Assembly (NCBI GenBank): GCA_903813345.2
Contig: CAIIXF020000001.1
Span: 17,732,001 to 17,796,000 of the forward strand
Direction of reading: 5' to 3'
DNA length: 64,000 nucleotides
Source: Owenia fusiformis
Taxonomy: Eukaryota
Part shown: positions 39,201-54,200 of the stretch, in pieces
Position numbering within the stretch: position 1 is the stretch's first letter
Layout: every line of letters starts with the position of its first letter
The notes under the pieces: model-generated
The model's input: the letters and a program-made list of their open reading frames with translations, nothing else
The model's database searches: none
Told to the model about the DNA's origin: nothing
Program-made: the position numbers and the translations under genes

Positions 39201-42200
39201 AATTTTAGTTGATCTGTCTGCATGGGGCGGTAATGACTATCACAGTTTTATGTTTCTTCATCAAGTGAAAAAATAATAATTTTAAGTGATGGACTAACAA
39301 TATACATGTACATATACTAATTGCTACTGATGTATCATGGGCAAAACAGTAGAATGAAGACTCATGACTCACCCATTTTTATTCAGCAAACTTGTATTCT
39401 TTGGAGTTCCATCACTATATTTGTCATAAATGCCATCCCAGCCTCTTTCCAGTATTCCTCCACCCTGGGGCCTAACAGGGGGCTGGGGATCAGACCTACC
39501 TCTATCATTGTATGTGTCACGTCTAGGACTGCAATGTATACAAACATCAACAATATTCCATAATAATATGTTCTAATTATTCTACTGATATATGATATTT
39601 AAGGACAGGGTGCATGTTGGGAAAGTTTCTGCATTCCTCAATTGAGTCACATGTTATTTTTCAAACAAGAATAACTCCTTCTCCACATTGTCTACATCTT
39701 CCAGGTTTGCACAAAGAGTGCACCTATGTGCCTAGAAAAGCCTTGTGAGAAGATTTGTTTTGTAAAGTGTATAAAAAACGAGAAAATTCAGTGAAAAAAA
39801 TTTCTGAAAATTTTCTGAATTTTTTCACTGAATTTTCTTGCTTTTTATACACTTTATCAAAACATCCTTCTCACAATTCTTTTCTAGGCACATAAGTGCA
39901 CTCTTTGTGCAAAACTGGAAGATATAGACAATGTGGGGAAGGAGTGATTCTTGTTTGAAAAATAACATGTGACTCAATTGAGGAGTGCAGAAAATTTCCC
40001 ATCATGCACCCTGACCTTAACATTGTAAAAATAAAACAAATATCGCAATAATCGATTTATATTACTTTAACATGCCTATTCTACAACTGTGAAAAGTAGT
40101 TACCTATTGAAATAGGAGTCTGACTTAGGTGGTATTTTGGCCCCTACTGGCCCTACAGCGCCTGTGGCTGCCACTCTAAGTTCCAAGTCTTTCTCACTAG
40201 TACACACAAACAACATATTAGAAAAGATATGTTAGATCAGTACGCATTCTACAAGGTCTACTGTAGTGTTATATACAGGGATTATCCAGATGAAAATGTT
40301 TGTATCACCCAAATGACCAAAGGCCAAATAAATACACACGTATCACAAGGGATCAACACCCTATGAAAGTGATCTTACCTGTGGCACTGGGTTTATTTAC
40401 ATTACTATGGAATATAACCGATCATCTCAGTAAATATGGTGACCTTACCCTACAGAAATGGCTAGGCCCCATATCTCTTTTGATCACAGATTGTTTTCTA
40501 TACAAAGTACAATCAATGCCCTTGAGCCTGGGCACTGTTATGCACCAAACTAGCTATGAAACATGATCTCAATTTCAGTAGGGTAAGGTCACCATTTTTA
40601 CTGAACTGATTAGAAGTGATATTCCATTGAAATATAAACAAACCCAGTGCCGCGAATAAGATCACTTGCAAGGGTGTAAAAGTCTGGATCTAAAACCAGC
40701 TGTATAAAACAGAGGTCTTCAAAACCAACTTTAGGTTCCATGAATCCTTTTTTATAATGGAAAACCTTTTTTTAAATTGAACATTTGTGATTTTAATTTT
40801 CTAGTGTGGTTTTTTGATGGTCATGACTGGGATAACTATTTCAGTTCAAGATCCTAGAAATAATGAGACAGATACAGACATTAACAATCTCACTCCCCAA
40901 ATAGTATTCAGCATCAGTATTCTTATATGTTATCAACCTTTACCTCTGATTTAATGTGATGAGTTAACTTTGAAATCAAACTACAGAAGCATGAAACAAG
41001 GCACAGACGTGAACAATATCGTACCTAAAACACAGCATTGTGGTCTTGTTGACCAAGAAAGCAAGTTAATCAGCTCTAGGACGGAAAATCCAAAATGGCC
41101 ACCTTAAAATTTACCCAGAATGCCCAAAAACTAATCAGTTCTTGACGTTGATATGTAGAAACATCCCTGAAAATTTCAGATGAATCCCTCAAATGGTTTG
41201 GCTGAAAACCTGTAGACAAGTCTTGAAAGTGAAGATTTTAGGACAGAAAATCCAAAATGGCCACCTTAAAATTTACCCAGAATGCCCAAAAACTAATCAG
41301 TTCTTGACGTTGATATGTAGAAACATCCCTGAAAATTTCAGATGAATCCCTCAAATGGTTTGGCTGAAAACCTGTAGACAAGTCTTGAAAGTGAAGATTT
41401 TAGGACAGAAAATCCAAAATGGCCACCTTAAAATTTAACCAGAATGCCCATAAACGAATCAGTTCTTGACGTTGATATGTAGAAACATCCCTGAAAATTT
41501 CAGATGAATCCCTCAAAAGGTTTGGCTGGAAACCTGTAGACAAGTCTTGAAAGTGAAGATTTTAGGACGGAAAATCCAAAATGGCCACCTTAAGATTTAC
41601 CAAGAATGCCCAAAAACTAATCAGTTCTTGACGTTGATATGTAGAAACATCCCTGAAAATTTCAGATGAATCCCTCAAATTGTTTGGCTGGAGACCTGTA
41701 GACAAGCTGAAAAGTGAGACTCTGCCGCCGCCCGCCCGCCCACCCGTCAAGCTGACTACAATATCGTACCTTTTATTAGGTACAATAAAAATGTCATCTA
41801 CCTCAAACCTCAGTGTATTGGATACATTTAATTTCTTTTATGGCCTATGCATCGAACATAACTAACCTTTATATCAAATAGTGCATTAATTACAGAAAGT
41901 GCTATGTAAGTAGAGTCTTAAGTAGACAGTGGTCGTTAGATATCATCCACAAAGCTCATAAAATACACTTTAAAGAGATCCAGTTGTCTAGATTTATCTT
42001 GAAGATAATCATTAAATGTGTTGTTGTTCAAAAAGAGAAGAAAATAAAATTAATAAGAAAAAAAGAATGTCACTGCTGGCAATCAAACCTCTGGCCTAAA
42101 TAAGCAGTGTGTGGTTAATATGTACTTGAGCCTTTCATGTCAAGCCTTTCATGTACTTGAGCCTTTCATGTCAAGCCTTTCATGTACTTGAGCCTTTCAT

Positions 42201-45200
42201 GTACTTGAGCCTTTCATGTACTTGAGCCTTTCATGTCAAGCCTTTCATGTACTTGAGCCTTTCATATCAAGCCTTTCATGTACTTGAGTCTTTCCTGTAC
42301 TTGAGCCTTTCATGTACTTGAGTCTTTCATGTACAGTACTTGAGCCTTTCATGTACTTGAGCCTTTCATGTACTTGAGTCTTTCATGTACTTGAGCCTTT
42401 CATGTACTTGAGTCTTTCATGTACTTGAGCCTTTCATGTACTAGAGCCTTTCAGTGACTATCATAAACTAAGATTATATAAATAGCTTGAAAAAAGTCAA
42501 ATAAGTACACTTCTTTTATTTGAAAATGATCAGTTATACTACTAATGATATTGAAATGCATATTTTTGCAAATTTTTTCATCTCAATTTATAAATAATGA
42601 TGCTTTTTTTAGCATTGAGTTTCCTGGTGTCTTAATGTCTGTGAACAATGATAAAATTGATACCATAAATGATTTAGTTTAAGCCTCGAGAGTTTTTAAC
42701 ACAAAAGTATTAGTGGGGCTGCTTTAAATGTGCTTTTAGCTGACTCACTGGATCTCTTTAAATATTACCCCATGACATTATATTTCTGTTCTAATAAAGC
42801 TAAAAGCTTTAGATTGATGTTAACAGTTAAAGTGCATAGTTTTAGTTCAAACTGAACTCTTACAAACTCTCAACTGAAATTAGTTTTAGGGGATTTAAAT
42901 ATCATAGGTAAGAAATTTGATCTTTCTGATATGGAATTTTTTGGAGGTTAGATGAAGAACATTTGTTGTGATGTGATGTTAACTGACCTCCTTTTTGATT
43001 GCTGCTGTTCAGCTATCTGCTGTTCAAGATCCCTCCTATATTCTTGCTTCCTCCTCTGTTTAGCACTGTCCCTATCCTCACCCCCTAGAGAAGAAGAGTT
43101 AAGTGGCATATTATAATAAATCTACACATATTTTACAATGCAAGCTAGTATAGATATTATTTAAAAAACAGCAATGTATTTTTACTATCCAGAATTCAAA
43201 ATCAAACAGCCATGACTGGCATTTTTACATTAATGAAGTACAGGGTGTCAAATAAGGCTGTTCTCCCCCCTTAACTTTTTTATCTTTAAATTTATCATAC
43301 TTTCCCATATATCATTTTGAAGCTCATGGAAAATGCTGATCACTCTCAAAAAATCAATCATAAACTCCTCCTAATAAAACTGCTACAATGTTTCTTGTAA
43401 GGTTGTAGTTGACCTTTGATTACGTCAAAACAAGTAAAATTACCAGGTATAGTGAATGAAAAGTGAAAAGTTGATACTGCAGTGACAATGCCAACATTGG
43501 GTGATTTCGATGTTTCTCAATATCATTACAGAGTAAAATGTGATACATTCAGGAGACCCTTTGAAGCAGGGACATCTTTCATCAGAAAATAGTTGATAAC
43601 ACCTAAAATTAAACGTTCTGAATGATTTATACAGGATCATATCCTCATAGAATTGAGGCCCTCTAGGCTGCTGGGGGAGACATACAGACTATTAAAAAAG
43701 TGAAATATGGACATCACTAAAAATACTCTAAAAAATTGGGAATTTAACCAATCACTCTGAAATTTGGTGTGTGATCAGCAAATTAAATTTCCTTTGGGAT
43801 GATATATCCCAACCCTATTTTATCTCTGAATTAAAAAAGTTAAGGGGGGAGAACAGACTTATTGGACGCCCTGCATATAGCAAAAAATCGTAAAATAACA
43901 CACAAAAAATGGCCACCATTTTCAAAATAGTTGCTCACTATAGCCAAATTGTCATAAGAAAGTGTAGTATGCTTCTAAGTGGGCATGACAGAGAATGATA
44001 TGAGCCAAAAATGTTCCAAAATTGAAACAATTTTTGTTTAGCTTGTTTTACTATAGATTTCATTCTCTCTAAAGAAATACAAAGTGCAAAATGTGAGAAA
44101 CGATCTTTTTTATATACACAAAAAAGATATGAGAATTTTGTCTTTATAGCTGATCAAAGGAAGTTATAGAAAATTTCAGAAAAGGCATATCAAAATTCAA
44201 CAAAATTAAAATAATTTAAATTAATAAAAGGGAGACATCCACCTTTCCAGATTAAACATAAATAAAAATCAAGAAATGTTCATGAAGTTAGAAATTCTTT
44301 GTTTTCCATATCTTGAGATCAGAAGCTGAAGTTTCTATCCAACTCAAGTCTTGGCTCAGACCTCATTGTGTGCCAAACTCTGTCTAAAACTGGCTTGGGA
44401 CAAACAAATTATCAGTTATAGAACTTCTAAACATGTGTTTTATCATGCTTCCCTGATTGGATCCAATGTTTTATGAAGTGGGCCACTAGTTGTGCTATTA
44501 TAGACATGTCTGTATAGACAGAAGATAATATTTATATAAGTCACGCCTAACCATCGACAAGGTACAGTGACAAAATATACCGGAGTAAACTTTAGATGTA
44601 TGATGTCACTATTTAACCGATTTGAAGCAAAGACAATGATGTAGGTTTGATGTAGGCTTTAAAAAAATAATCTGAGGAATGCATTAAGGATTTCATGTTT
44701 GATTTTTTGTGTATTCGTTAAGGAAGACATTTAACTTTCTAATAACGTTAAACGATTTTCGAACAGTGCTCGATTTTTTTTCGTAGTCAATCTACCCGTA
44801 TAATTGGTTGGTTGGAAAATGTGTGTTTTTACACATTTCCTTTGATCATTTCCTCCCCTGTCACCTAAGAGTGTGAAAGATTTTTCAGGGGAAAATATGA
44901 TCAAAGGAAATGTGAAAAACCAAACATTTTCCAAGCGATCAATTTTCTTGGGTAGATTGACTACGATAAAAATCGAGCACTGTTCGAAAATCTTTTAATC
45001 TTATTAGAAAGTTAAATGTCTTCCTAAACGAATACACACGAAATTAAACATGAAATCTTTCAAGTATTCCCAAGATTAATTTTTTAAAACCTACATCACA
45101 CCTGCATCATTTCCTTTGCTTCAAATTGGTTAAATAGTGACATCGTACATCGAAAGTTTACTACAGTGTATTTTGTCACTGTACCTTGTCGATGGTTAGG

Positions 45201-48200
45201 TGTGTAAGTGTAATATGAACCAAACTGTATGCATGTAATCAGATATACAACAAAATTGTTAGTTCTCTAGGATAAAAAGAAACAGGTATTCCTGTGTGAT
45301 GAAAAGTACATTACAAAACATGTATGTTTGATACACTAAATTACAATTATATCACATACATGTACTTACAAAAACATATTTCATTAAGCATATTAAGTCA
45401 AGCATAGTGCAGCAGAGTAAAATCAAGAGGTTACAAGACATTTTGTTCACCATTTTATTGTAGGAACATTTCTTGAATATATCGTGAATCAATGTGATTT
45501 TGTAAAATTCAATTGCTCCTCAGAACTATCGAAAAATCTGGAAAGACAATTGAATTTCATGATATTTCAAAGAAAAATGTGCTAGTAATAGGAAAACAAA
45601 TAATCTAATATCTCCAAAAAGTGTTAGAAAGCAAGAAAATCGATAACAGCAATTACCAACTATTCCTGTAGCATTCCCTTTGTAATCAGTGAAAATGCAA
45701 ACAATTAGAATTATGCAGATTTAGTCAAAGCATTCAAAACAGAAATATTCGTAAGAAAAGCATTTAATGGCAATACACCCACATTATTTGAAAGAATTAC
45801 AAAGCAGCACTATAACTCATTGTATTAAAATAGCATGCATCATGGCCATGCAAAGGGCAAATGAGTTACGTCAAGTTAGGTACAGTCTAGGTGATAACAA
45901 ACCATTCATTCCACTTTATTAACTATATATCATGAGTTGCATTTAGTAAGCTGAATATACATCATTAAATCAATCTATAATTAGTAATGTCATTCAATAA
46001 GCCTACTATACCTATAGGTAATGTAGCAGCCACATTTCCAGTTGAGTTTGCTCTCCCTCGGTCATCATAGTCACGACGGCTTCCTCTATCCGACAGCCCT
46101 CCTCGATTTCTATTGGCATCCTAACAGAAAACAAACCAGATATAAGAAGTTATATATGATGGTGAAATGTATGTGATGAATTGATCATTTTCAAGTGTAT
46201 TTCTCAGAATGAATCCTTTAAAAATCAAAGTGAGACAAGAACACAAATGTGTACAAAATGTCCCCACCAAGTGGTGATCCCGTGAAATGGTTATCCTGAA
46301 AATGAGTAGACAAGACTTTACCAACACAATTTGAGGACGGAAAATGCAAAGTGGCCACCTTGAAATTGATCCGTCACACAGTTAACCAGAAAACATGTAA
46401 ACAAGACTTTACAGACAAGATTTCAGGATGGAAAATCCAAAATGGCTGCCTTGACATTTACCAAGAATGTCAAAAAACTAATCTGTTTGTAGATTTTCAT
46501 ACTAAGAATCATCCCCGAAAATATGAAATTGATCTACCAAACGGTTCACCTGAAAACGGGTAGACAAGACTTTACAGACAAGAGTTTAGGACAGAAAATC
46601 CAAAATGGCTGCCTTAACATTTACGCAGAATGCAAAAAAAAGTAATCAGATGTAGATTTTCATACAAAGAATCATCCCTGAAAATTTGAAATTGATCTAT
46701 CAAACCGTTCACCTAAAAACGCGTAGACAAGACTTCACAGGCAAGATTTTAAGACGGAAAATCCAAAATGGCTGCCTTGACATTTACCAAGAATGCAAAA
46801 AAACTAATCAGTTCTAGATTTTCATACTAAGAATCATTCCTGAAAATTTGAAATTGATCTACCAAACAGTTCACCTGAAAACGAGTAGACAAGACTTTAC
46901 AGAGAAGATTTTAGGATGGAAAATCCAAAATGGCTGCCTTGACATTTACCCAGAATGCCAAAAAACTAATGAGATCTAGATTTTTATACTAAGAATCATC
47001 CCTGAAAATTTGAAATTGATCCACCAAACGGTTCACCTGAAAACGCGCAGACAAGACTTCACAGACAAGATTTTAGGACCGAAAAATCCAAAATGGCCGA
47101 CAATAAAAAAGTCCTTATGAGTTTTTGCTGATTTCTTTTTACAAAATTATCACATATAACTACTGTTAACAATAAAGTAGGCTTTTACAGCAAAGTACAT
47201 CTGGAATTATTTATAAAGCTACTAAATAGTTAAAGTATGAAAACTCAAAAACACCATTCAATATGATACAAAGTATTATCGCGCGCTAACTTTTCTTAAG
47301 ACATTCAAAATGGCTGACATGACTGAGCTAGCAGGTCCAAAACCTAATCAGATCTAGAATGAAGTGAGCTGAACAAGATTTTAAAGTTTTAAAAGCAACT
47401 GTGAAGCAGTTTTTCTTAAAGTTTGCAGACAAGGATTTTAGCATTTGACTTCAAAATGGCCGACAGGAAGTAGGTTTCGAGTTAAATTTTTTTCATCCAC
47501 ATCTATAGGCACTCATAAGTTATTCCTGAAAATTAGAAGGTGATAACTGTAGCGGTTTTGGAGAAAACTGCCGGACGTACGGATGGACAGACAGACAACC
47601 AGACAGACGGACGGACGCGCCTAGGACGACAATATGGCCCCACACTATGTGGTGGGGACAGTGATACCTGTAGCGGTTTTGGAGAAAACTGCCGGACGTA
47701 CGGACGGACAGACAGACAACCAGACGGACGGACGCACCTAGGACGACAATATGGCCCCACACTATGTGGTGGGGACATAAAAACATTCACTGTCATTTAA
47801 AGAGAGTAAATATTAACTGTTATTTAAAGTGTAGTTAACTTTATTATCATTTTCAAACTAGAAAACAGCAACTCCCAAAAGTGGAAAATCCCAATGAAGA
47901 AAATATTGTTTTTTTATTTTCTATCAAGACAAAAAACAAACTGAACAAAGTAAAATAAGTAATATAATAAAAGTGGTTCTAAAAAGTACTTTTTCAATAC
48001 TTATGACATACTCATATAAAAAGTAAAATAAAGTGACGTGTGAGGCATCCAGAATTGCATCTAATACCATATCACCTCCAACACATTCTATTTAACACAC
48101 ATTAACAATGATACTCATGTTTACTGTTTGAATGCACACATCTAGAGACAATGTGATCTCACCTTCCCAAGGCCTATGTTAGTTGTAGCAAGTGGGTCAG

Positions 48201-51200
48201 ATAAGCCTGATATGTTAGTAGATATGTTTAGGTCATATTTAGCCAAGGTGGTAGACTGGGGCGGAGGTGGGGAATAAGGTTTGTCATACTTGAGTTTAAG
48301 ATTGGTGAGCTAGAGTGAAGAGTGACTGAGGGTTAACATACATTTACACAGATATTATGGGTTAGTTATACGCAGAAAATTAAAATTTAGATTTCCTTTT
48401 AACTTAAACTTAAATTGTACCATACATGTACTGTATCATCCTACAAGTATCCGAGCATTATTGATTATCACTTGATTGCGGGTTTAACAAATAGTTTAAA
48501 GCTTAGTTCTATATGTTAAAAGAAAATCTAGATTTAGCATGATTATATATACGAGGAGTGTTATTTGAAAGGTAGCTTTAACTACCTTATAATAACTTCA
48601 GACAACAGACTTATGTTATGTTTTTGAAATTATATTTTACAAGATTCTTTCATTTATAAATCATGATCTTTAACTCTAATGATACCACTCAACTTGACAT
48701 CTAACTTATTAAATCAAATCAACATTTCATCGAGATATAAATGATACTTTACTTCAATTGAGTTTTTTCATGAACAAAAAAGAGACAACAGCAAGAATGG
48801 CAATATTTGAAAACACATCTAAATGATATAGGAATTTCTAACACATGAATCAAACTTTGGTGTATTATTGAATGCAAAAGAATTTTGTTCATAATTTGTC
48901 TACAAGAATGATAACTGCTTCATTAAGTGAAAGTAAAGGTGGCAACTGCTACAGAGAAAGTGTGCCTATTACATATAATATACATGCAGAAAATGTAGTT
49001 TTCATACAGATTCAGCATGTAACTGTGGGTGTGGTTTCTATGTTTTGCAATAAAGGTTTGATAACTGACATATTGTGTAACCAATATTAGAGTATGTGTA
49101 ACTTATATGCAGTATGTATAATTTACATAGATTATGTGAGTGTAACAAACATATGTATGATATGCAGTATGTGTAACCAACATATAGTATTTGTTACGGA
49201 CATGTAATACAGTAGTATGTGTATTTTACATGCATCCTGTGTAACTGACATGCATCCTGTGTAACTGACATACATTATGTGTAACTGATATGCAGCCTGT
49301 GTAACTGGCATGCAGTGTGTGTAACTGACATGCAGCCTGTGTAACTGACATGCAGCCTGTGTAACTGACATGCACCCTGTGTAACTGACATGCATTATGT
49401 GTAACTGACATGCAGCCTGTGCAACTGGCATGCAGTGTGTGTAACTGACATGCAGCCTGTGTAACTGACATGCAGCCTGTGTAACTGATATGCAATATGT
49501 GTAACTGACATGCAGTATGTGTAACTGACATGCAGCCTGTGTAACATGTTACATGACCAACTGCCAAATTGTATGAGTAACTACTGCAGTATACCATTAT
49601 GTGTAAATGTCATGCAGTGGATGATGTCACCACCATGCAGTGTGAGTCAATCTTACTTCTAAAGCATCTCTATGAGCATGTGCTTGGTTTTTCTCATGCA
49701 TAGCAGGCTATCAAAGCAACCAGATACACACTCTCAGTTATAGTTATGAACACTTCCTTAACACAGTTTTGAAAGTTTTATCAAATCAGTTTAACTCAGA
49801 CATTCCCAAGTTATTGTGCATAAGAATATCAACTATTTTATGATTGTGCACATGAAAGGACAAGTATCATTACATTGAAATATTGATATTCATGATTATA
49901 ATCACAATTCTAATTGGTTTGTGGTTATATTTTTGAAACAGAAATATATGTGCAACCTTTATGTCATAAACATTGTGTAATACATGACACAAGATTACTT
50001 TATCACACATATACATGAAGGCATGCCCCACTATCTAATGGAGCATTCAAATTAAACCTAAGTGAAACTACACAAAATAAGACTGCTTAAGGCTATAGAA
50101 AAATACAGAACTATAAAAATACAGAATTGTACATTTAAAGCTGGCTTGAACATGCATTAAGATAAGCAGCAAGAAGTAAGCAAAGAATGAGCCTATTTGA
50201 AGTTTACCCAATTTGAAAACTCAGTTTCTGGATCAGGATCATATCTTCTACTTGCGTGATAAGATCTTGGCCTCTCCTTTCTTGCATCTTCAAATTCTAG
50301 CCATTTTTTATCATCAAGGATGCTAGTGATCCCCCTACGCCCAAGTAATTCATCTTGAAAACGAACACGCCTGGCAAAAAATGTTAATTTGGTTAGGTTT
50401 TGAAAGGGTTTGATTAGATATTAGATATGGACAGAGCATTTTATATGAGAACTATAGTGTGTATTATTTAAATTGCTCATTTTTAAATGCTCTGTTCCAC
50501 ACATTAAAACACACAGTATGACTGGCTTGGGCAATTTCAAGTCCGGCACCTAAATCTGTGATATGAGCACAAAACACAGACATATAAGGGGGTACATCAC
50601 ATTATTACCCATTGAAACGTTCCAAATTCTGTACCAAGGTCACTCAGTTTTTCGTTGCTTTTCTTTACTTCATCTCTAAATCTCACCCTTCTACAAGCAA
50701 ATAGTGATAAGAAGCAAACATGCAATTTTAATAAACATTTATCAAATAAAAAGCTTAAGTTGTCCCAATATCAGGAGTCCTGATGCAACATATCCTGATT
50801 CATTCAGTCATAGAAGTATTCTCTTCTTATCTCGCAAATAAAAACACAGAAATTGACAAATAAAAACTACAGAAATTGATATAATTTTTGTTTCAATCAT
50901 TTCCAGAGAAGCCAAAAAATTACCGAGCTTAAACTAATTATTCATTGATTCTAAGAAAATTTGCTGATTCAACTAAAACAAAACAAAATTCAAAATTCTA
51001 CAAATCCATAGGCAAAGCATCTGTCTACCCTTTGTGGAAATGGAAAACTGGGAGGAATGGCTCTCAGTATAAACCTGAAAAGTATTTTATGAATACCAGT
51101 ACTAATTTTGTTTTTAACATCATACTTGTAACATAACTAAACGTGCATTTTATGTAAAATAACTGTCCAATTTGCAATAAAATACACAGTACCACTTTCT

Positions 51201-54200
51201 ACCCAAAGGCACTGGTACCTAAAGAGTTCATTCTGCATTTTACTACAGGGTGACCCAATAATTGTGGCCTTAGGTATTCTCAAATAACTTTAATATTCAT
51301 GATAGACTCCTTATTTGGTCAAAATGTAGTTCACCAAATGTTTACCTAGTTAACTTCCTTATAAGAATTATTTGCAATTTAAAATTGCCACAACTAATTC
51401 ATGTTTCAAGTAACATTTACTCTGTATGCTAAAGTTATTTGAGAATTCTTGGGTCCAATAAAAATATCATAAAATTGATAATCACTATTCAAAATCATAA
51501 GAATATGTAATACATAAATAAATAAAATAAATCAAATCTTACTTAGATTCATATTCTTTATCTAATTCTTTTAGCCGTTGATCATCCTCAAATGTTTTAT
51601 ATAAATTGCCATCACTGATAGATGTCCTTAGGCCCCCATGCAAACCAGGATCATCCCCTCTCCTAAATCAAAATTAGTTGATAAACACTACATGCATTAG
51701 CTTTAAACATACAACTTACATATACATGTATATCAAAACAGAATAGATCTAGAACCCCAAATAGATGTTAGTTTTGGCTTTGGGCTTTGTCTAGAATTTG
51801 TCAAGACTTACTTATCTATGCATTGACTTTAATGTATCATGTTTTGACACAACAGTAAAAGTGTTGCTTCAAGTCTCTGAATGCCCCCCCCCATCTCTCC
51901 TTCCATATCTACTGGTGGGGAGTTGTAAAGTGGGGCACAAGGCCTTTTAGCTAGACTATATCGCTCGAGCACATATACAAGCATATCACAAACTGAATCC
52001 TTAAAGTGCCCCAATTTGTCAATGACAGGTGCATGTATTTTAATTGGTCAAAATAAAAATTGTGTGATCCTATCATATTCACTCCATGCAGAGAATAAAT
52101 ATAAAAGCTTTGTTATTAATTAACTCTAAACAATCCTTATACTCCTGATATTTAGACTAAAAAATTTTTTAAACAAACCTATATGCCCTTTCTTCTCTCC
52201 TCTTTTTATCCAATATTTCTTCGTATGTAGGGGTACCCCAACCTTTCCTTGGGGGTTCACGTCGATACTGTGGGGGTAACCTCTCATCTTCATAATAACG
52301 TGGGTCCCGGGGGTCCAACACAATGTTGCTATCAAGTGGTCTCTGAAATTTGAAAAAGTATAATGACACAAATAAATCAAATTCATTCTAGAGAACAATA
52401 TCATACACATTTTTTAATCATGTATTTATTTATTCACAATGGAAAACGGCAACTGTTGCATTTCATGCCTTTGTATGGAAAAGTATTCAGATTGTTTGTG
52501 ATCACTAAACATGAAAGAAAACTGATGCATATGCAATGATGCATGTATATTTCACATCAGATCCAACCTCTTAATTCTATTTATGTATTACGTGCAACAA
52601 ATGAAACACATTAGATGATGCATTCTACACAAAAACCACCAAAAAACATTTTCACTTCAATTTTGCAAATGTACAAAATGGTATGTGCCAAATTCAGTAT
52701 TAGTTTTTTAATAAATAAATAATCATATGTAAAAACAATTTTCCGAATGCAGAATCTGAACAAATGACTCATAACTAGTATAAAGTATATCGAACACAAT
52801 AATTACATTGTTAATACAACTGGATGTTATAATGATGTGGTGGTAAATTTGAACAAAACTGCATATATATATATGTTGTTATAATACAGCAACAATTAGG
52901 CATGGAAATACAATACTTACAAAATATTCCACCTATAACAATTTAGACAACATCAAATATTAAAATATTATAGAATGTATATACATACTCTACTACATGC
53001 AGATTACGATGATACAGAAGACTTTAACATGACAAAAATTCACCATCTGTTATTGGAAGTTGTAAGAATTGGTTACAGACAGATGCCGAATCCTGAACAT
53101 TGGCAGCAGTCTTCAAAAGGACTACAGTAAAACCTGTCAAAGTGGAAGAGCTTTGGTACCTCTGAAAAGTGTTCCACTTGTGGGGTGTTCCACTTACAGA
53201 GGTTCATTTAACATTAAGTCAGTTGGCCTAGGGACCCTAAAAAGTGTTCCATTTTCAGAGGTGGTTCACTTCTAGAAGTATTCAATTTTACAGGTTTCAC
53301 TGTTTAACAATATGTCACCACTTCTGGTGGTGACATAAAAATACACCTATAATCTACTGAATTAATTCTGGTTGTATAAACAAAGACATCACTCACATTG
53401 TCTCTATAGGAGGCACCTTGCCTCCTCAAATAGTCCTGCTCTAACTGGCCCCTCTGATATAGTTGGTATTCATTGTTACGTTCACGGATCTTGCGAGCCT
53501 ATACAAAAAGGTTAACAGAATTGAATAGCTAAAAGCTGGAGAGTTGGTGATGGATTCTTGAATGTACACTTTTGCTGTTGGGGTATATTTATAATATAAT
53601 ATTACATGCTCATTGAAAATATTGGTAGACAATTCTTGTTAATTTAATTTTCAATGTCTGACAAAGTTACTACATGTACATTTAATGTATGACAATTTCA
53701 GATTTTTTCTATCCATTAAAGCCTTACTTCTGCCGAAGGGTGATCCCTCAGACCTGGGAGGCTGGCTTCAAAACTGTCATTTGGCCCCGGCTAAATATTT
53801 GAAAAAACATAATTTTCATTGTTATTATATTAATGCTGGTTATGTACAGGTGTTGAAGTTATTGTCACAAGAAAAGCAAAACTGAATGACTTAACTACCT
53901 ATTAAAACATGTAAATATAATTTCAATTTCTAACCAACCAAGCATTACACATGTATAGCAGAGTGTATGTAGGTTATGCAAGTTATGCCATTTCAAAATC
54001 AGACAATCTATGGGATGCCATTTAATTCTATTTATGGCTGAAATCAATCATGAAACTCTCATTCATTTTAATCCTTCTTCAAAAAGAATTGTCGATACTG
54101 GTTTTAATCAAAAAAATACCACAAAATATTTTTGGTCAGAAAAAGTCGCTTCATAGTTCTTTCTTTGATGGAGAAAATACATTAGACAAAACAATTTTGT

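Noticed and set aside
41079-41700. Regularly spaced repeats as a CRISPR array (also 26254-26720, 42119-42453, 49221-49545)
   Set aside because: The units are contiguous tandem copies without unique spacers, there are no cas genes, and the context is eukaryotic and intronic.
45868-45884. Possible 17-nt microexon in CSPP1 intron 15 (and a 13-nt one near 49657)
   Set aside because: Neither preserves the frame, the 17-nt one contains an in-frame stop, and such signals are expected by chance in AT-rich introns.
47520-49597. ORFs at 47520-47800 and 49132-49597, and 26365-26574
   Set aside because: They are translations of micro- or minisatellite repeats.
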